DNA from: Octopus sinensis
Taxonomy: Eukaryota
Direction: 5' to 3'
NCBI RefSeq assembly: GCF_006345805.1
Contig: NC_043023.1
Span: 5,642,001-5,706,000, forward strand
DNA length: 64,000 nt
A program made the position numbers and the translations under genes. Shown here in pieces: positions 24,501-38,251 of the stretch (position 1 is its first letter; every line of letters starts with the position of its first letter). The notes below the pieces were generated by a model. That model searched no databases, was not told the DNA's origin, and was given only the letters and a program-made list of their open reading frames with translations.

Positions 24501-26024
24501 TCTTTTACTCTTTTACTTGTCTCAGTTATTTGACTGTGGCCATGCTGGAGCACCGCCTTTAGTTGAGCAACTCGACCCCGGGACTTATTCTTTTGTAAGC
24601 CCAGTACTTATTCTGTCGGTCTCTTTTGCTGAACTGCTAAGTAACGGGGACATAAACACACCAGCATCGGTTGTCAAGCAATGCTAGGGGGACAAACACA
24701 GACACACAAACACACACACGCATATATATATATACATATATACGACGGGCTTCTTTCAGTTTCCGTCTACCAAATCCACTCACAAGGCTTTGGTCGACCT
24801 GAGGCTATAGTAGAAGACACTTGTCCAAGGTGCCACACAGTGGGACTGAACCTGGAACCGTGTGGTTGGTAAACAAGCTACTTACTACACAGCCACTCCT
24901 GTATATATATATATATATATAAAAATTAAAAAATAATTTGAAATGCTTGAGTATTAGGAAAGAAAACTTTGAGAATCTTGTGAAAAATTGTGCAGACTTG
25001 AAGGAGAGAGTGCTTTTTCTAGCTTCAAAATTTCAAAACCCCAAGGGTACAGCATCAAGAGCAGTTTCAAGAAAACAGGAAAAGAAACCAACAGAACAAT
25101 AGTCTTCCTTCAAATCATCATTGTTCATTTTGTGGTTTCTCATCTTGATCACAGTATGGAGGTGCATGGCTTAGTGGTCAGGGTGTTGGACTCTTGACTG
25201 CAAGATTGTGATTTTGATTCCTGGACCTGGTGACGTGTTGTGTTCTTGAGCAAAACACTTCAGTTTCACATTGTTCCAGTCCATTCAGCTGGTATAAATG
25301 AGCAATTCTGTGAGGGACTGGCATCCCGTCCAGGTGGAGAAGTTATACACAATGGAAACCAGGAATCAATGTGAAGTGCAAATGATTGTGGGGTAAAAAA
25401 AGTTAAAGTTACCTCTTATGCTAACTCATAAGAGCTGGTTTCCCAGTTTCTTGACATATAAATTCCCCATTTAGATGGCACACTGGCCCATCACATGATT
25501 ATTCAGAAATACCCACTACCTGGATATTTTTGGAAATATTAAATGCAAGTATTATATATATGTATATGAAGATATATGCGTTTGTGTATATATATATATA
25601 TATAGTTCACATCCAGTTCAATGAAGGAAAGAAAATGGAGAATTGAAAATTAATAATTATTTATTATTAACAAATTGGCAATCATTACTTCTTACAACCG
25701 TTTCCATTAATACCCAATAATTAAACAACAAATTTGTACATTAAATTAGCATTAATATGCTACGAGCATGATTTCATCAGATTAAGGAAACAGAAGATGG
25801 ATCTGATATTAGTCCTTATTTCATACAACAATTGTTTTGACCCATTCTATGACTGTCCCTTATGGGTGGGATGCTGTGCATCATATTGTGCTGCATCAAT
25901 TTTGCAGTCTGGGTCACATCAGGTACATTCATGCATAAAGTGGTGTCTTGCTAAAAATCTTCAGTTTGGGTGGTCATGTTGTTATTTGTTCACTAATTGA
26001 CATATACCAATTAGTCCCAAAAAT

Positions 26025-26055
<31 letters not shown>

Positions 26056-26380
26056 ATATATATATGTATATATATATATCACCGTGACCGACCAGGCTAT
26101 CAGATGTTGCTACACATCGCTGGTCACAATGCGCTTCACATTGTTTTAGCCTTCAAATGATGCCACCCCGCTGGCTAAGCGAGCAGGCCAACAGAAGAAA
26201 GAGTGAGAGAAAGTTGTGGCGAAAGAGTACAGCAGCGTTTGCCACCACCCCCTGCCGGAGCCTCATGGACGTTTAGGTGTTTTCGCTCAATAAACACTCA
26301 CAACGCCCGGTCTGGGAATCGAAAGCGCGATCCTACAACCGCGAGTCCGCTGCCCTAACCGCTGGGCCATTGCACCTCTC

Positions 26381-26414
<34 letters not shown>

Positions 26415-26436
26415 TTGAAGTGTATGTTATTATATA

Positions 26437-26544
26437 TCCATTATGGCTGATCTTACCAAGCAGTTTTGCACTAGGAGTTCAATGGAGTGTTAGGTAACAG
26501 TCTGATTATGTAACCCTGCGCTCATCAGAGGTAGCCATTATGGA
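26437..26544 (-). ncRNA. Decayed hammerhead motif with extended stem I
   Basis: tccataatggctacct CTGATGA gcgca...tgc AAAA ctgcttg GTA agatcagccataatgga; GAAA has become AAAA; relative at 58133-58231. Confidence 0.55.
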
Positions 26545-27942
26545 ATGTTACTTGATACTTCGTTGAAGCTTTAGCATGAAACCAATTGGTAAAATCATCC
26601 ATAATGGATATATATAAAACTGTACACTTCGATTAATATATCCACTCGACAGACAGATATACAGGTGCATTTTTTGCTGACTTATAGACTCTTAGGCAAC
26701 TTACACTTACACACACACACACAAGTTTGGAGGGATACATTATCTGGGTGGATACAATATTGGCTCTCAATTAAGTTCCAGTTAACAGCTAACCACAGTG
26801 ATCAGTATCTAACGTCTGTGACTGCAGTTTGTTGCTATTCACTCTGTGAATTTTCTGATGGGTAATTTCATATACGCTGCGCCGGATGGTAAAAATCGTC
26901 TGGCGTATATATTATTATTAATGATAAAGAGTATGGAGACTTGTACATCCACAAAATTTATTTTGTAGTTATATACAGCATATTATATGTTGTATATAAG
27001 TATAGAATATATTTCTTCTTCTTCTTCTTCTTCTTCTTCTCCTCCTCCTTCTTCTTCTCCTTCTTCTCATTAACAATAATAATAATAATAATAATAATAA
27101 CAATAAAATTTAATATGTATTCTCCAATACTAAGTAGTATAAATTCTATGTCCCTAAGGAAACAATTATCTCACTTCCATTTCTTAATTGTATTTGTGTA
27201 TCATTGTCCGTTTTTTTTTCTGTCCTTGTTTTTGTATACATTCGCTGCTTTCTTCCAAGGAATCTAATGCTCTTAGCTTAGTTTTTCCTTGGGGCTGGCC
27301 AGATTGGAGCAATCTCAAGATTAATCAGCCGAAATTGGGAAGATAATCTGGTACTTGACTGAGGAAAGAAAACTTCAAATGACCTGTCCTAAGATATTTT
27401 TACCTAACTAATTAACCTTTCTCTGCGGGTAGTAAATATTATTTCCAACAGATTCTATATTCTAATTCATTAATAACAACTCACTATCTATGAAATTTGA
27501 ATAATTTACTCTTCTAAATTACCTCTCTTCATATTATTAAATTACCTTCTACTAAACTTACGAATAAGTTTGGGGACAAACACAGACACACAAACATACA
27601 CGCACACACATATATATATATACATATATACGACAGCCTTCTTTCAGTTTCCGTCTACCAAATCCACTCACAAGGCTTTGGTCGGCCCGAGGCTATAGTA
27701 GAAGACACTTGCCCAAGGTGCCACGCTGTGGGACTGAACCCAGAACCATGTAGTTCGTAAGCAAGCTACTTACCACACAGCCACTCCTGCGCCTATGCGT
27801 CTTTTGCAAAAAAAAAAACAAGATGGTGTCTACTTACTTTTGAACTGTCTGTGTTCAATTAACATGATGTGAAGGAGAAGAAAAAGATCAACAAGAAGAA
27901 CAACAAAAACAACTGAGGTTATTATGTCAAATTGTCTGAGAC

Positions 27943-27948
27943 TTTATT
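27943..27948 (-). terminator. Candidate polyadenylation signal AATAAA
   Basis: First AATAAA on - downstream of the proposed stop at 28034. Confidence 0.35.
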
Positions 27949-28033
27949 ATATCATTATAATAAACAATATCATTATCAATATTATTATTACTATTATGAT
28001 TGTTGATACCAAAGTTCTTAAAAACCATGTTTC

Positions 28034-28096
28034 TTAGAGCACGTAAGGACTCATGAATCCCAAAGAGACCAGTTTCTCTTGGACTGGGGGTGGTGG
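28034..28096 (-). CDS. Probable terminal exon 6 of the ependymin-related gene
   Basis: Strong acceptor tctctctttttgcag| then PPPPVQEKLVSLGFMSPYVL* in phase 0; AATAAA about 86 nt downstream. No homology support, so inferred from splice signals only. Confidence 0.55.
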   Translation of the reverse strand, partial: PPPPVQEKLVSLGFMSPYVL

Positions 28097-28502
28097 CTGC
28101 AAAAAGAGAGATGACATACATAATTCATACTGGCATATATATACATATATATACACATACAGACGGACACACACACACATATGTGTGTGTATGTATGTAT
28201 ATGTGTATAAATTCATGTGGAGGAATGAAGGTACGATGAAGATGGAGGGACTGGAAGTGAGGAGGAGTGATGTCTTATGGAGAAGCGGAGGCCTTCAAAT
28301 AGCCTCTTTCTTAATCGGGGTGAGTGTCAAACATGTTTTGGGGATCATTTTATGGTGGTAGTACATACTCGGGTAGAGTGCACAGAAGGGGACAACTGTT
28401 GAGTTTTGCTCATTCATGTGACCTGAGGTTTCAATATACAGTTGCCGATTGCATTGTTGAGGTAAGAGCAACCTTATATGTACCTCACAAATACAACATG
28501 CC

Positions 28503-28539
<37 letters not shown>

Positions 28540-28550
28540 GCACACATGCA

Positions 28551-28760
28551 TATATATAACTATATATATATAACTATATATATATAACTATATATATATA
28601 ACTATATATATATAACTATATATATATATAACTATATATATATAACTATATATATATATAACTATATATATATACTATATATATATATAACTATATATAT
28701 ATATAACTATATATATATATAACTATATATATAACTATATATATATAACTATATATATTT
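28551..28760. repeat. (TATATATATAAC)-type 12-16 bp minisatellite
   Basis: Direct inspection. Confidence 0.9.
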
Positions 28761-28939
28761 CTTTATTGCCCATAAGGGACTAAACACAGAGGGGACAAAC
28801 AAGGACAGACAAAGGGATTACGTCGATTACATTGACCCTAGTGTGTAACTGGTACTTAATTTATCGAACCCGAAAGGATGAAAGGCAAAGTCGACCTTGG
28901 TGGAATTTGAATTCAGAACATAGCGGCAGACGAAATAGC

Positions 28940-29385
28940 CAAATATGAACCATTTTGTTGCACAATGCATCTCCATCTTTCCTTTAACTTGAAAATACCC
29001 TCTTCCCAGAATTGAGGTGGATTCATGGCAAAGAATTCATCAAGGTATCTTTTTACGTCATTCAAGGAATTGAAATTTTTACAATTAAGACTATTCTGCA
29101 GAGACCTGAATAAGTGGAAATCTGAGGGAGCAATATCTGGTGAATATGGAGGGTAGGGTAATACAAGCATCAAGTGCCGAAAATGAACTTTCTTATCTTC
29201 CATTTTAAAGGGTTACAGAATTAACACAGGTTATAGGAACATAAACCTTCTTCCATGAAAAGATAGCTTAAACTGTGCTCTAAATGGAGGTGTAGTCAAA
29301 TCCTATTTTATGAACTCAATCACGTTCTAAAATAAGTCGAAAGGTAAGCTACTATAAATTGGCACAAACTTTCCGGACAACCCAA
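28940..29385 (-). mobile_element. Internally deleted mariner derivative (one TIR)
   Basis: MEDKKVHFRHLML fused to VLPYPPYSPDIAPSDFHLFRSLQNSL; TIR aaattggcacaaactttccggacaacccaa-TA. Confidence 0.85.
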
Positions 29386-29799
29386 TATGTTTATGTCTAA
29401 TATAATAAATGGGGCTCATACATATGTTTAAAGAATGCAATTTAAAAAATCAACAAAAGAAAGATACTATAGAAAGAGGAAAGTACAATCAATATGGTGT
29501 TTGTTTAGAGCTTTAAAAGTACTCAAAATGAGTACAGAATGTTATGACATTTTGGACATTAGTCCTTCTTCAGAAAGAAATGAAGATGGGGGGAAAACAG
29601 GTGAAAAGGAGAAAGAGAGAGAGAGAATATAAGAGGGAAAGAATGAGAGAGAAAAACAGTGGATGCTCGAAGAAAATAATAATAAACAAATAAAAAGAAT
29701 AAAAGAGGTTTAGGTAGGGAGGAACATGGGAAAAAGTAAAAAGCATTTAATGATACGAAAAATAATAATTATTTTTATTATTGAAAAAATATTGCCTGA

Positions 29800-29960
29800 G
29801 TTGGCTGTGTGGTAAGAAGATTTCTTTCCAATTACATGATTCTAGGTTCAGTCCCACTGCATGGCACCTTGGGCAAGTGTCTTTTACTGTAACCTTAGGT
29901 CGACCAAAGCCTTGTGAGTAGATTTGGTAGATGGAAATATATATACATCTATATCTATCA

Positions 29961-29996
<36 letters not shown>

Positions 29997-30065
29997 ATCT
30001 GTCTATCAATATATCTTTCTCTCTCTCTCTATCTATCTTTTTATCTCTCTCTCTCTCTATCTATG

Positions 30066-30126
<61 letters not shown>

Positions 30127-30282
30127 ATCTATCTTTCTATCTATCTATATATCTATCTATCTATCTTTCTATCTCTCTCTCTCTCTATCTTTTTATCTCT
30201 CTCTCTCTCTCTATCTATCTTTTTATCTCTCTCTCTCTATCTATGTATATATCTTTCTATCTATCTATATATCTATCTATCT

Positions 30283-30336
<54 letters not shown>

Positions 30337-30349
30337 CTATCAATCAATC

Positions 30350-30380
<31 letters not shown>

Positions 30381-30620
30381 ATCTTTGTGTATGTGTGTTT
30401 GTGTCTGTGTTTGTTCCTCACCACTGCTTGACAACCAGTGTTGGTGTGTTTATGTCCCTGTAACTCAGTGATTCGGCAAAACAGGGCCAATAGAATAAGT
30501 ACCTGGCCTAAAAACAATAAGTCCTGGGGTCGATTTGTTTGACTAAAACCCGTCAAGGTGGTGCCCCAGCATGGCCACAGCCAAATGACTTTAAAAAAAA
30601 AGCAAAAGATAAAAGATGAA
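29800..30620 (+). mobile_element. SINE family A with about 430-bp (CTAT/CT)n internal expansion
   Basis: Head and tail halves are separated by a long microsatellite. Confidence 0.85.
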
Positions 30621-30633
30621 AGGTGTTTGTTAC

Positions 30634-30737
30634 CTTATTGTAAGAAGATTTGAAACATATTGAAGGGATTTCAAAGACACTTGGGTCCTCAATGAACTCT
30701 TCAAGGTTGGCCAACTGACTCATTGTTGCTGTTCTCT
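30634..30737 (-). CDS. Ependymin-related protein, exon 5
   Basis: ttacag|AG AGA...AAT AAG|gtaaca; contains IEDPSVFEIPSIC, the ependymin I.DPSVF..P..C signature; phase 1 to 0. Confidence 0.85.
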
Positions 30738-31230
30738 CTGTAATTGAAATGAAACCTTCAGCAAGTATTTCAGACATACACAGCACTGCATTCAGTATTC
30801 TTTCATTCTACTTGTATGCATTCACACACACATACGTATTTTAGCATGCATGAACATACGTAATACATACATACATGCATGAATACATACATACATATAT
30901 ACATACATATATACAATATTATTAGTGGGGCCCTGGGATATGTAAAACATTGCCTAAATATCAATCTTGAGAAATTAGGTTTCTCAAAACCTTAAAAAAG
31001 CAAGCTAATTTGAAGACTACAGATCCAATCCATCTCCGGAACTGTAAAAATCTGTAAAACTTTCCAGAAGTTTATCATTTAAATATGATCATGTCTAGAT
31101 ATGCAACTATATGCATGAGAATACATATATAAAACATACAAATTTGCACATACATACATACATACATACATACATACATACATACATACATACATACATA
31201 CACACATACATACATACATACATACATACA

Positions 31231-31261
<31 letters not shown>

Positions 31262-31435
31262 CATACATACATACACACATACATACATAAATACATACAT
31301 ACATACATACATACATACATACATACAAACAAAAATACCCTGTTGTTGATGAAATTCCAATGAAGGAACCTTGGATCTAGCTTAGAAACTGGCTCTTTCT
31401 CTATGGCAAGAAATCTTGAAATAAACTAAATAATG

Positions 31436-31466
<31 letters not shown>

Positions 31467-31534
31467 TACAAACATATAATATAATTAATGAGAGAGATGG
31501 AAAATGGAATATATGAGAATGTTTATTGGTTACT

Positions 31535-31786
31535 GAGGAGGCGCGTGGCTTAGTGGTTAGGGTGTCAGCATCATGATCATAAGATTGTGGTTTCGATTCC
31601 TGGACTGGGCGACGCGTTGTGTTCTTGAGCAAAACACTTCATTTCACATTGCTCCTGTCCACTCAATTGGCAAAAATGAGTAACGCTGTGATGGACTGGT
31701 TTCCTGTCCAGCTGGGGAACACATATGCCATAGAAACTGGGCCCATGAGCCTGGCTAGGCTTTAAAAGGGCGCATATATTTATTTA
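31535..31786 (+). mobile_element. SINE head C + tail ii with 13-bp TSD
   Basis: TSD tttattggttact at 31522-31534 and 31787-31799; related copies at about 25157-25365 and 49720-49982. Confidence 0.85.
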
Positions 31787-32399
31787 TTTATTGGTTACTA
31801 CAATCGTTTCAACCCATCTAGCATCGATCCCTTGTGGATGGAATACTGTAGGGATCAATAAAGATTCTCAAATATTTTATCTTCCGTTTCTCTCGTTAAT
31901 CAAGTATCCAATGAACACTTAGGCAGTGAACATGCTTTACTGGTTAACTACCAGGTGTATAAAATATGCTTTGTTAACTACAATAAATACATATTTCTTT
32001 ATTGCCCTCAAGGGGCTAAACATAGATGGGAAAATCGAATTTGACCTCAGAACGTATAGACTGACTAAATACCTATTTCTTTACTACCCACAAGGGGCTA
32101 AACACAGAGAGGACAAACAAGGCCAGAGAAACGGATTAAGTCGATTATATTGACCCCAGTGCGTAACTGGTACTTATTTAATCGACCCCGAAAGGATGAA
32201 AGACAAAGTCGACCTTGGCGGAATTTGAACTCAGGACGTGACGGCAGACAAAATACAGCTAAGAATTTCGCCCAGCGAGCTAACGTTTCTGCCAGCTTGC
32301 CGCCTCTATAATATATACATATGTATGTATGTATACATAAGGGGACAGAGATAAAAGGGGACAGGCAGAGATAGTGACTGTGATGAAAGATTCACTTAC

Positions 32400-32576
32400 G
32401 GTTGTGTCCCTGTTGGCTCTTTGTCTGTGTGTAGAAGACCTCTTGCAGGGGATAGCAGTAGTGTTTGGTAACGGTCATCTCACGGAAACCTGCTTTTATC
32501 CTCTGCATGTAGGTGCTCATCTCAACATCCTCATGTGGCCCTCCAACTGAAAACTGGGCTATTTTCTTTGCAGACT
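32400..32576 (-). CDS. Ependymin-related protein, exon 4
   Basis: taccag|AG TCT...AAC C|gtaagt; KSAKKIAQFSVGG...MTVTKHYCYPLQE (VT...C.P motif); 177 nt, phase 1 to 1. Confidence 0.85.
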
Positions 32577-33242
32577 CTGGTAATGGAATGTGGATTGTTG
32601 TTAACATTAATGGTGACTGTTTGCTGTTGTTGTTTAACCCCAGGTCAGTACTAAACCAATAGACAGACATATGAATGAAAAAGGTTCCAGTTGTGGCCAT
32701 TCCATCTTATATATTCAGATGCATTGTATCTAGGACTACATTTCTTATATATCGTATAGTAGTTAGTATTAGAGGCTATAGTTGTTGTTTAGCCCCAGGT
32801 CAGTCATGATCCAGACAGATCAAAGATCTCCCACCTGTGACTATCCCATCCTTTAGATGTCGTATATCTAGGACTACATTATCTAATGTGCAGCAATGTA
32901 GTTAGTATTAGTGGTTGTAGTCTTTGCCAGTTGTCTCAGTTCTTTGTTAAGAGTCAAACACTATAACCCTAGGCTGTCCACTATAAAAGTGGACATTATT
33001 ATATAATTATCAACCAATAACCAACTGGACACATAAAAGAACTCCTGGTCTTGCATGTTGGAACAAAGACCTTGTAAGCAACTCATGGCATCTAAAGATT
33101 GTTAGAGATAGGTTATTTTCCATTTGTTAGTTTGAATCATCATCATCATCATCGTTTAACATCCATTTTCCATGCTAGAAAATGGATGACAGAAAGATAT
33201 ATAGATAGATAGAGAGAGATAGATAGATAGATAGATAGGTAT

Positions 33243-33289
<47 letters not shown>

Positions 33290-34329
33290 TAGATGTATAT
33301 ATATTTCCATCTACCAAATCTACTCACAAGACTTTGGTCGGCCTGAGGTTACAGTAAAATACACTTGCCCAAGGTGCCATGCAATGAGACTGAACCTAGA
33401 ATCATGTAATTGGAAAGAAATCTTCTTACCACACAGCCACACCCAAGTCAACTCAGGCAATATTTTTTCAATAATAAAAATAATAATTATCTGGACGGTT
33501 GGACGGTTCTACAGCTGGATGCCCTTCCTAATGCCAACCACTCCGTGAGTGTAGTGGGTGCTTTTTACGTGCCACCGGCACAGGGGCCAGAGGAGGCTAG
33601 AAAATGGCCACAATCAGTTGGTGTTTTAACGAGTCACCGACAAGGATGCCAGTGAAAGTGGTGCTGGCATTGGCCACGTTCGGATGGTGCTCTTTACCTG
33701 CCACCGGCACAGGTATCTTAACTACAATTTCCAGTTGATTTTTATTTTTATTTTGATGCTGATGTACTTGACTCAATAGGTCTCCTCAAGAACAGCGGGT
33801 CACTCTACAATCCAAGGTTAGCACAGCAGGTCATCCTGTGAGCCATGAACTCACATCATTTGTTGGGTCTTTGCAGTCACAGAATATCTCAGAGGTGGCG
33901 GTCTTTTGTCATTTAAATATAAGAAAATATAAATATATATGAACAAAAAATTGACAAATGCAAAATACAAAATATGCAAAAAATAAGCAATAAAATAAAT
34001 ATTGCTTATAAAAAATAAGCAATAAAACAAAATATAGAGGGAGTTGCAAATGTTCCACTGAAGGTCACTTAATTCATAAAATTGACCAAACTGCAGTATA
34101 TAAATATGATACAGAGTGTGAAGTTGCCAAAATAAAGACTGTGATAGTTCTGTGCTGTGTAAACTAGTGATGATGTAACTGGCCAATGTTTTAGAAGATA
34201 CTTCTCAAAGTGGTGGCATTTAAAAAAGGTATCTGATTTTGTATTTATATAATTTGTGGAATTATCATTATTTGTTCTGCTTTGAGGCTCTTTTAAGCTG
34301 TATCCGAAACTGCATCTGTGGTATTGGTG

Positions 34330-34828
34330 GTGGTGTGAGTGGCCAGAGATGATCAGAGATGGACAGAGAGCTGGTTTGAGATGATGGAAAGACATGGATG
34401 CAGATGGTTGAAGAAGTGGACAAAAAAGAACAGAAATATCCAGAGATGGCCAAAGGTGGCCAGAGGTGGCCAGAGAGATAGCCAGAGATGACCAAAAAGG
34501 ACATATATGGCTGGAAAGATGGAAGAGATGACTAGAGAAATGACCAGAGATGGACAAAAAGGACCGGAAATGGTCAGAGATATGGAAAGAGATGACCATT
34601 GATGTTTAGAGAGATGGATAGAGATAATTAGATGTGGCAAGAAAGATGAACAGAGAGGGACAGAAAGATGGAAAGTGATAATAAGAGATGGCCATATATG
34701 GACAGAGAGATTGATAGAGATGGTTAGATGTGGCCAGAGAGATGACTAGATATGAAGAGAGTTGGACAGCGATGGTAAGAGAAATGACCAGAAATGGACA
34801 CAGATGGCTGTAGAGATGGAACAGACGA

Positions 34829-34880
<52 letters not shown>

Positions 34881-36975
34881 GGAACGAGAGGGAGGGAGTG
34901 AGAGAGAGAATAGAGAATAAGACAGAGAAGCAGAATCAAAGAATGAGAATAGAGGATTAATAGAATAGGCATACTTGGAATACAGTGTGGCAAATCCTCT
35001 TGGCTGATCCAGCTTTTGTCCAATGGTGTTTTGTAACAAATTCCGCCAGTCATAATGTAAACTTCACCCTGCAATTGGAGAGTTAGACACAAAAATACAA
35101 ATGTGGTGATGAGGGTGGTGATGAGGGTGGTGATGAGGGTGGTGATGAGGGTGGGGATGAGGATGGTGATGAGGGTGGTGATGAGGGTGGTGATGAGGGT
35201 GGTGATGTAGGTGGTGATGAGGGTAGTGATGAGGGTGGTGATGAGGGTGGTGATGAGGGTGGTGATGAGGGTGGGGATAAGGATTGTGATGAGGGTGGTG
35301 ATGTGGGTGGTGATGAAGGTGGTGATGATGGTGGTGATGAGGGTGGTGATGAGGGTGGTGATGAGGGTGGTGATGTGGGTGGTGATGAGGGTGGTGATGT
35401 GGGTGGTGATGTGGGTGGTGATGAAGGTGGTGATGATGGTAGTGATGAGGGTGGTGATGGGGGTGGTGATAAGGGTGGTGATGAGGGTGGTGATGAGGGT
35501 GGCGATGTTGTCGTTGGAAGTGTTACTGATAGTGTTGTTGTTGTTGATGGTGTTGGTTTCTTTGTTAGGGTGGTGGTAGCAGTGGTTGTGGTGGTGGTAT
35601 TAGTGGTGGTAGAATGGAGGTGGGAGTGTTTATGGTATTGGTGTGCGTAGTGGTGATGGTTGTGTGGGTAGTAATGGTTGTGGTGGTTGTGCTGGTGATG
35701 GTGGTTGTGCTGGTGGTGTTGGTGTTACAGGTGTTGGTGGTGGTGTGAGTGGCCAGAGAGATGAGTAGAGATGGACAGAGATGGCCAGAAATGAACAGAG
35801 ATAGACAGAGATGGTCAGAGAGATGATAAAAAATGGACACATGGCCAAGGAGATGGAAGAGATGACTAGAAAGGTGACCAGAGGGCCAAAAATGGTCAGA
35901 GATGGCCAGAGATATGGGAAGAGATAACTATTGATGGGCAGAGAGACAGATGTGGCTAGAGAGATGAACAGAGATGGACAGAGATGGCCAAAAATGGACA
36001 GAGAGATGGAGAGAGTGGGCACATATGGCTGGAAAAAGGGAAAGAGATAACCAGAGAGATGATTAGAGGACACAGATGACCAGTGAGATGGGAAAAGATG
36101 GACAGAGCGGTGACCAGAGGTGGACAGAGATATGGAAATGAGATGACCATTGATGGTCAGAGAGATGGACAGAGAGGTGACCAGAGGTGGACAGAGATAT
36201 GGAAATGAGATGACCATTGATGGTTAGAGAGATGGACAGAGAGGTGACCAGAGGTGGACAGAGATATGGAAATGAGATGACCATTGATGGTCAGAGAGAT
36301 GGACAGAGATGACCTGAGATGGTCAAGTATGGACAGAGATTGAAAGAAAGATGGACAAAGAAAAAGAGAGGGAGATGGACAAAGATAGACAGGAAGATGG
36401 ATAAAGGGGACCAGAGAGGCTACCAGAGTTGGCCACAGATGGCCAAAGAAATGCTCAGATATGACCAGAAGTGACCATTGATGATCAGAGATGTGAATAT
36501 AGATGGTCAGATGTGGCCAGGGAGATGAACAGAGATAGACAGGAAGATGGAAAGCGATGACTAGAGATTGACAGAAATGGACAGAAAGAGAAATGGAGAA
36601 GGGCACAAATGGCCAGAGAGATGGAAAAGATGACTAGAGAGATGACCAGAGATGGTCAGAAATGGTCAGAGATGATCAGAGAGGTAACCAGAGGTAATTA
36701 GAGGTGGCCAGAGATATGGAAAAAAGACGGTCAGAGATCATCAGAGAGATGACCAGAGATGGTCAGAAATGATCAGAAATGGTCAGAGATGATCAGAGAG
36801 GTAACCAGAGGTAGTTAGAGGTGGTCAGAGATATGGAAAGAGACGGTCAAAGATCATCAGAGAGGTGACCAGAGATGGACAGAAAGATGGCAAGATGTCC
36901 AGAAATGAACAGAGATGGCCAGAAAAATAGAGAAATGGAGAAAGAGATGGACAGAGATGACCGGAGATAGACAAA
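34330..36975. repeat. Complex purine-rich satellite filling the ependymin introns either side of exon 3
   Basis: AGAGATGG/ACC motifs; (GTGATGAGGGTG)n 12-mer at about 35100-35510; about 67-bp unit x3 at about 36100-36305. Confidence 0.85.
34975..35068 (-). CDS. Ependymin-related protein, exon 3
   Basis: ttgcag|GGT GAA...CCA A|gtatgc; GEVYIMTGGICYKTPLDKSWISQEDLPHCIP (G..Y....C.K..L...CIP pattern); phase 0 to 1. Confidence 0.85.
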
Positions 36976-36985
36976 AGGTTCTTAC

Positions 36986-37105
36986 CTTGTTCAAGTCGAC
37001 ATGAGTGCTGGTCAGGGAGAAAATCTGGTGCTCTGCATCTACGGTAAGGTTGGTGAAAGCTGAGTAAATTCCACCGCTGTAGTCATAGAATACTACGCCA
37101 GAACC
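36986..37105 (-). CDS. Ependymin-related protein, exon 2
   Basis: ttacag|GGT TCT...AAC AAG|gtaaga; GSGVVFYDYSGGIYSAFTNLTVDAEHQIFSLTSTHVDLNK with the ependymin-like YDY motif; 120 nt. Confidence 0.85.
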
Positions 37106-38023
37106 CTGTAAGGAAAGATAATCAATATTAGCCTTGTGTGTGAAGTGGTGAACTAGCAGAACCGTTGGGCAAAATGCTCTGTGGAAATTCATTTGACTTT
37201 TATGTAAGGAGTTCAAATTCTGTCATGATCAGCATTTGACTTCCATCTTTCAGGGCTGGGGTCAATGTAATTGTCTTACTACCCCCACCTTCAAAAATTG
37301 CTGGCCTTGTGACAAAATTTAAAATCAGTTGTATGGTTCCTTTAGTTGTTTCTGTCATTTGGGTGTGGCCATGCTGGGGCAAAACCCTGAAGGGAGAAGC
37401 CAATGGAAATAATTATTCTACACTTATGCGCAGGAGTGGTTGTGTGGTAAGTAGCTTGCTTACCAATCACATGGTTCCGGGTTCAGTCCCATTACTAGGC
37501 ACCTTGGGCAAGTGTCTTCTACTATAGCCTTGGACCGACCAAAGCCTTGTGAGTGGATTTGGTAGACGGAAATTGAAAAGAAGCCTATCGTATATATATA
37601 TATATACATGTATGTATGTTTGTATATATGTTTGTGTGTCTGTGTTTGTCCCCCTAACATAGCTTGACAACCGATGGTTATGTGTTTACGTCCCCGTAAC
37701 TTAGTGGTTCAGCAAAAGAGACTGATAGAATAAGTACTAGGCTTACAAAGAATAAGTCCTGGGGTCGATTTGCTCGACTAAAGGCTTGCTCCAGCATGGC
37801 CGCAGTCAAATGACTGAAACAAGTAAAAGAGTAAAAGAGTAAAAGAGTATCTATTTTTTCTTTTTGGTGAACTGCTAAGTTATGAAGACTTGAATAAATA
37901 GAATAAGGCTTTATAAAGTATACTCTAGGTGCTGGGGTTCAATTCTTTTGAATAAAACCCTTCAAAGCAGCGCCCCAGCATGGCCATAGTCAGATGATTG
38001 CAAAACGTTGAAGATAAAAGGTA

Positions 38024-38058
<35 letters not shown>

Positions 38059-38220
38059 CTCCTGTGTGGCTTGCTTCCTGACCACATATTTTGATACAAG
38101 GCCAGAAATTTTGGGGGAGGGGTTACATCAGCCCAAGCTTGCAGCTTTGATGATTATAACAATAATAATAATAACAATGGTTTAATAATAATAATAACAA
38201 CAACAACAGCAATAATAATA

Positions 38221-38251
<31 letters not shown>

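Noticed and set aside
25690-25785. Possible hammerhead on - (CTGATGA...GAAA cggtt GTA)
   Set aside because: Core boxes are present but stems I and II do not pair convincingly; similar weak cases at about 26850-26960 and 31335-31400 were not called.
29914-30471. Hydrophobic 166-185 aa ORFs
   Set aside because: Translations of (CTAT)n inside a SINE.
35211-36606. Repetitive ORFs (MRVV, GGDE, ISL...)
   Set aside because: Intronic satellite; no splice-compatible role.
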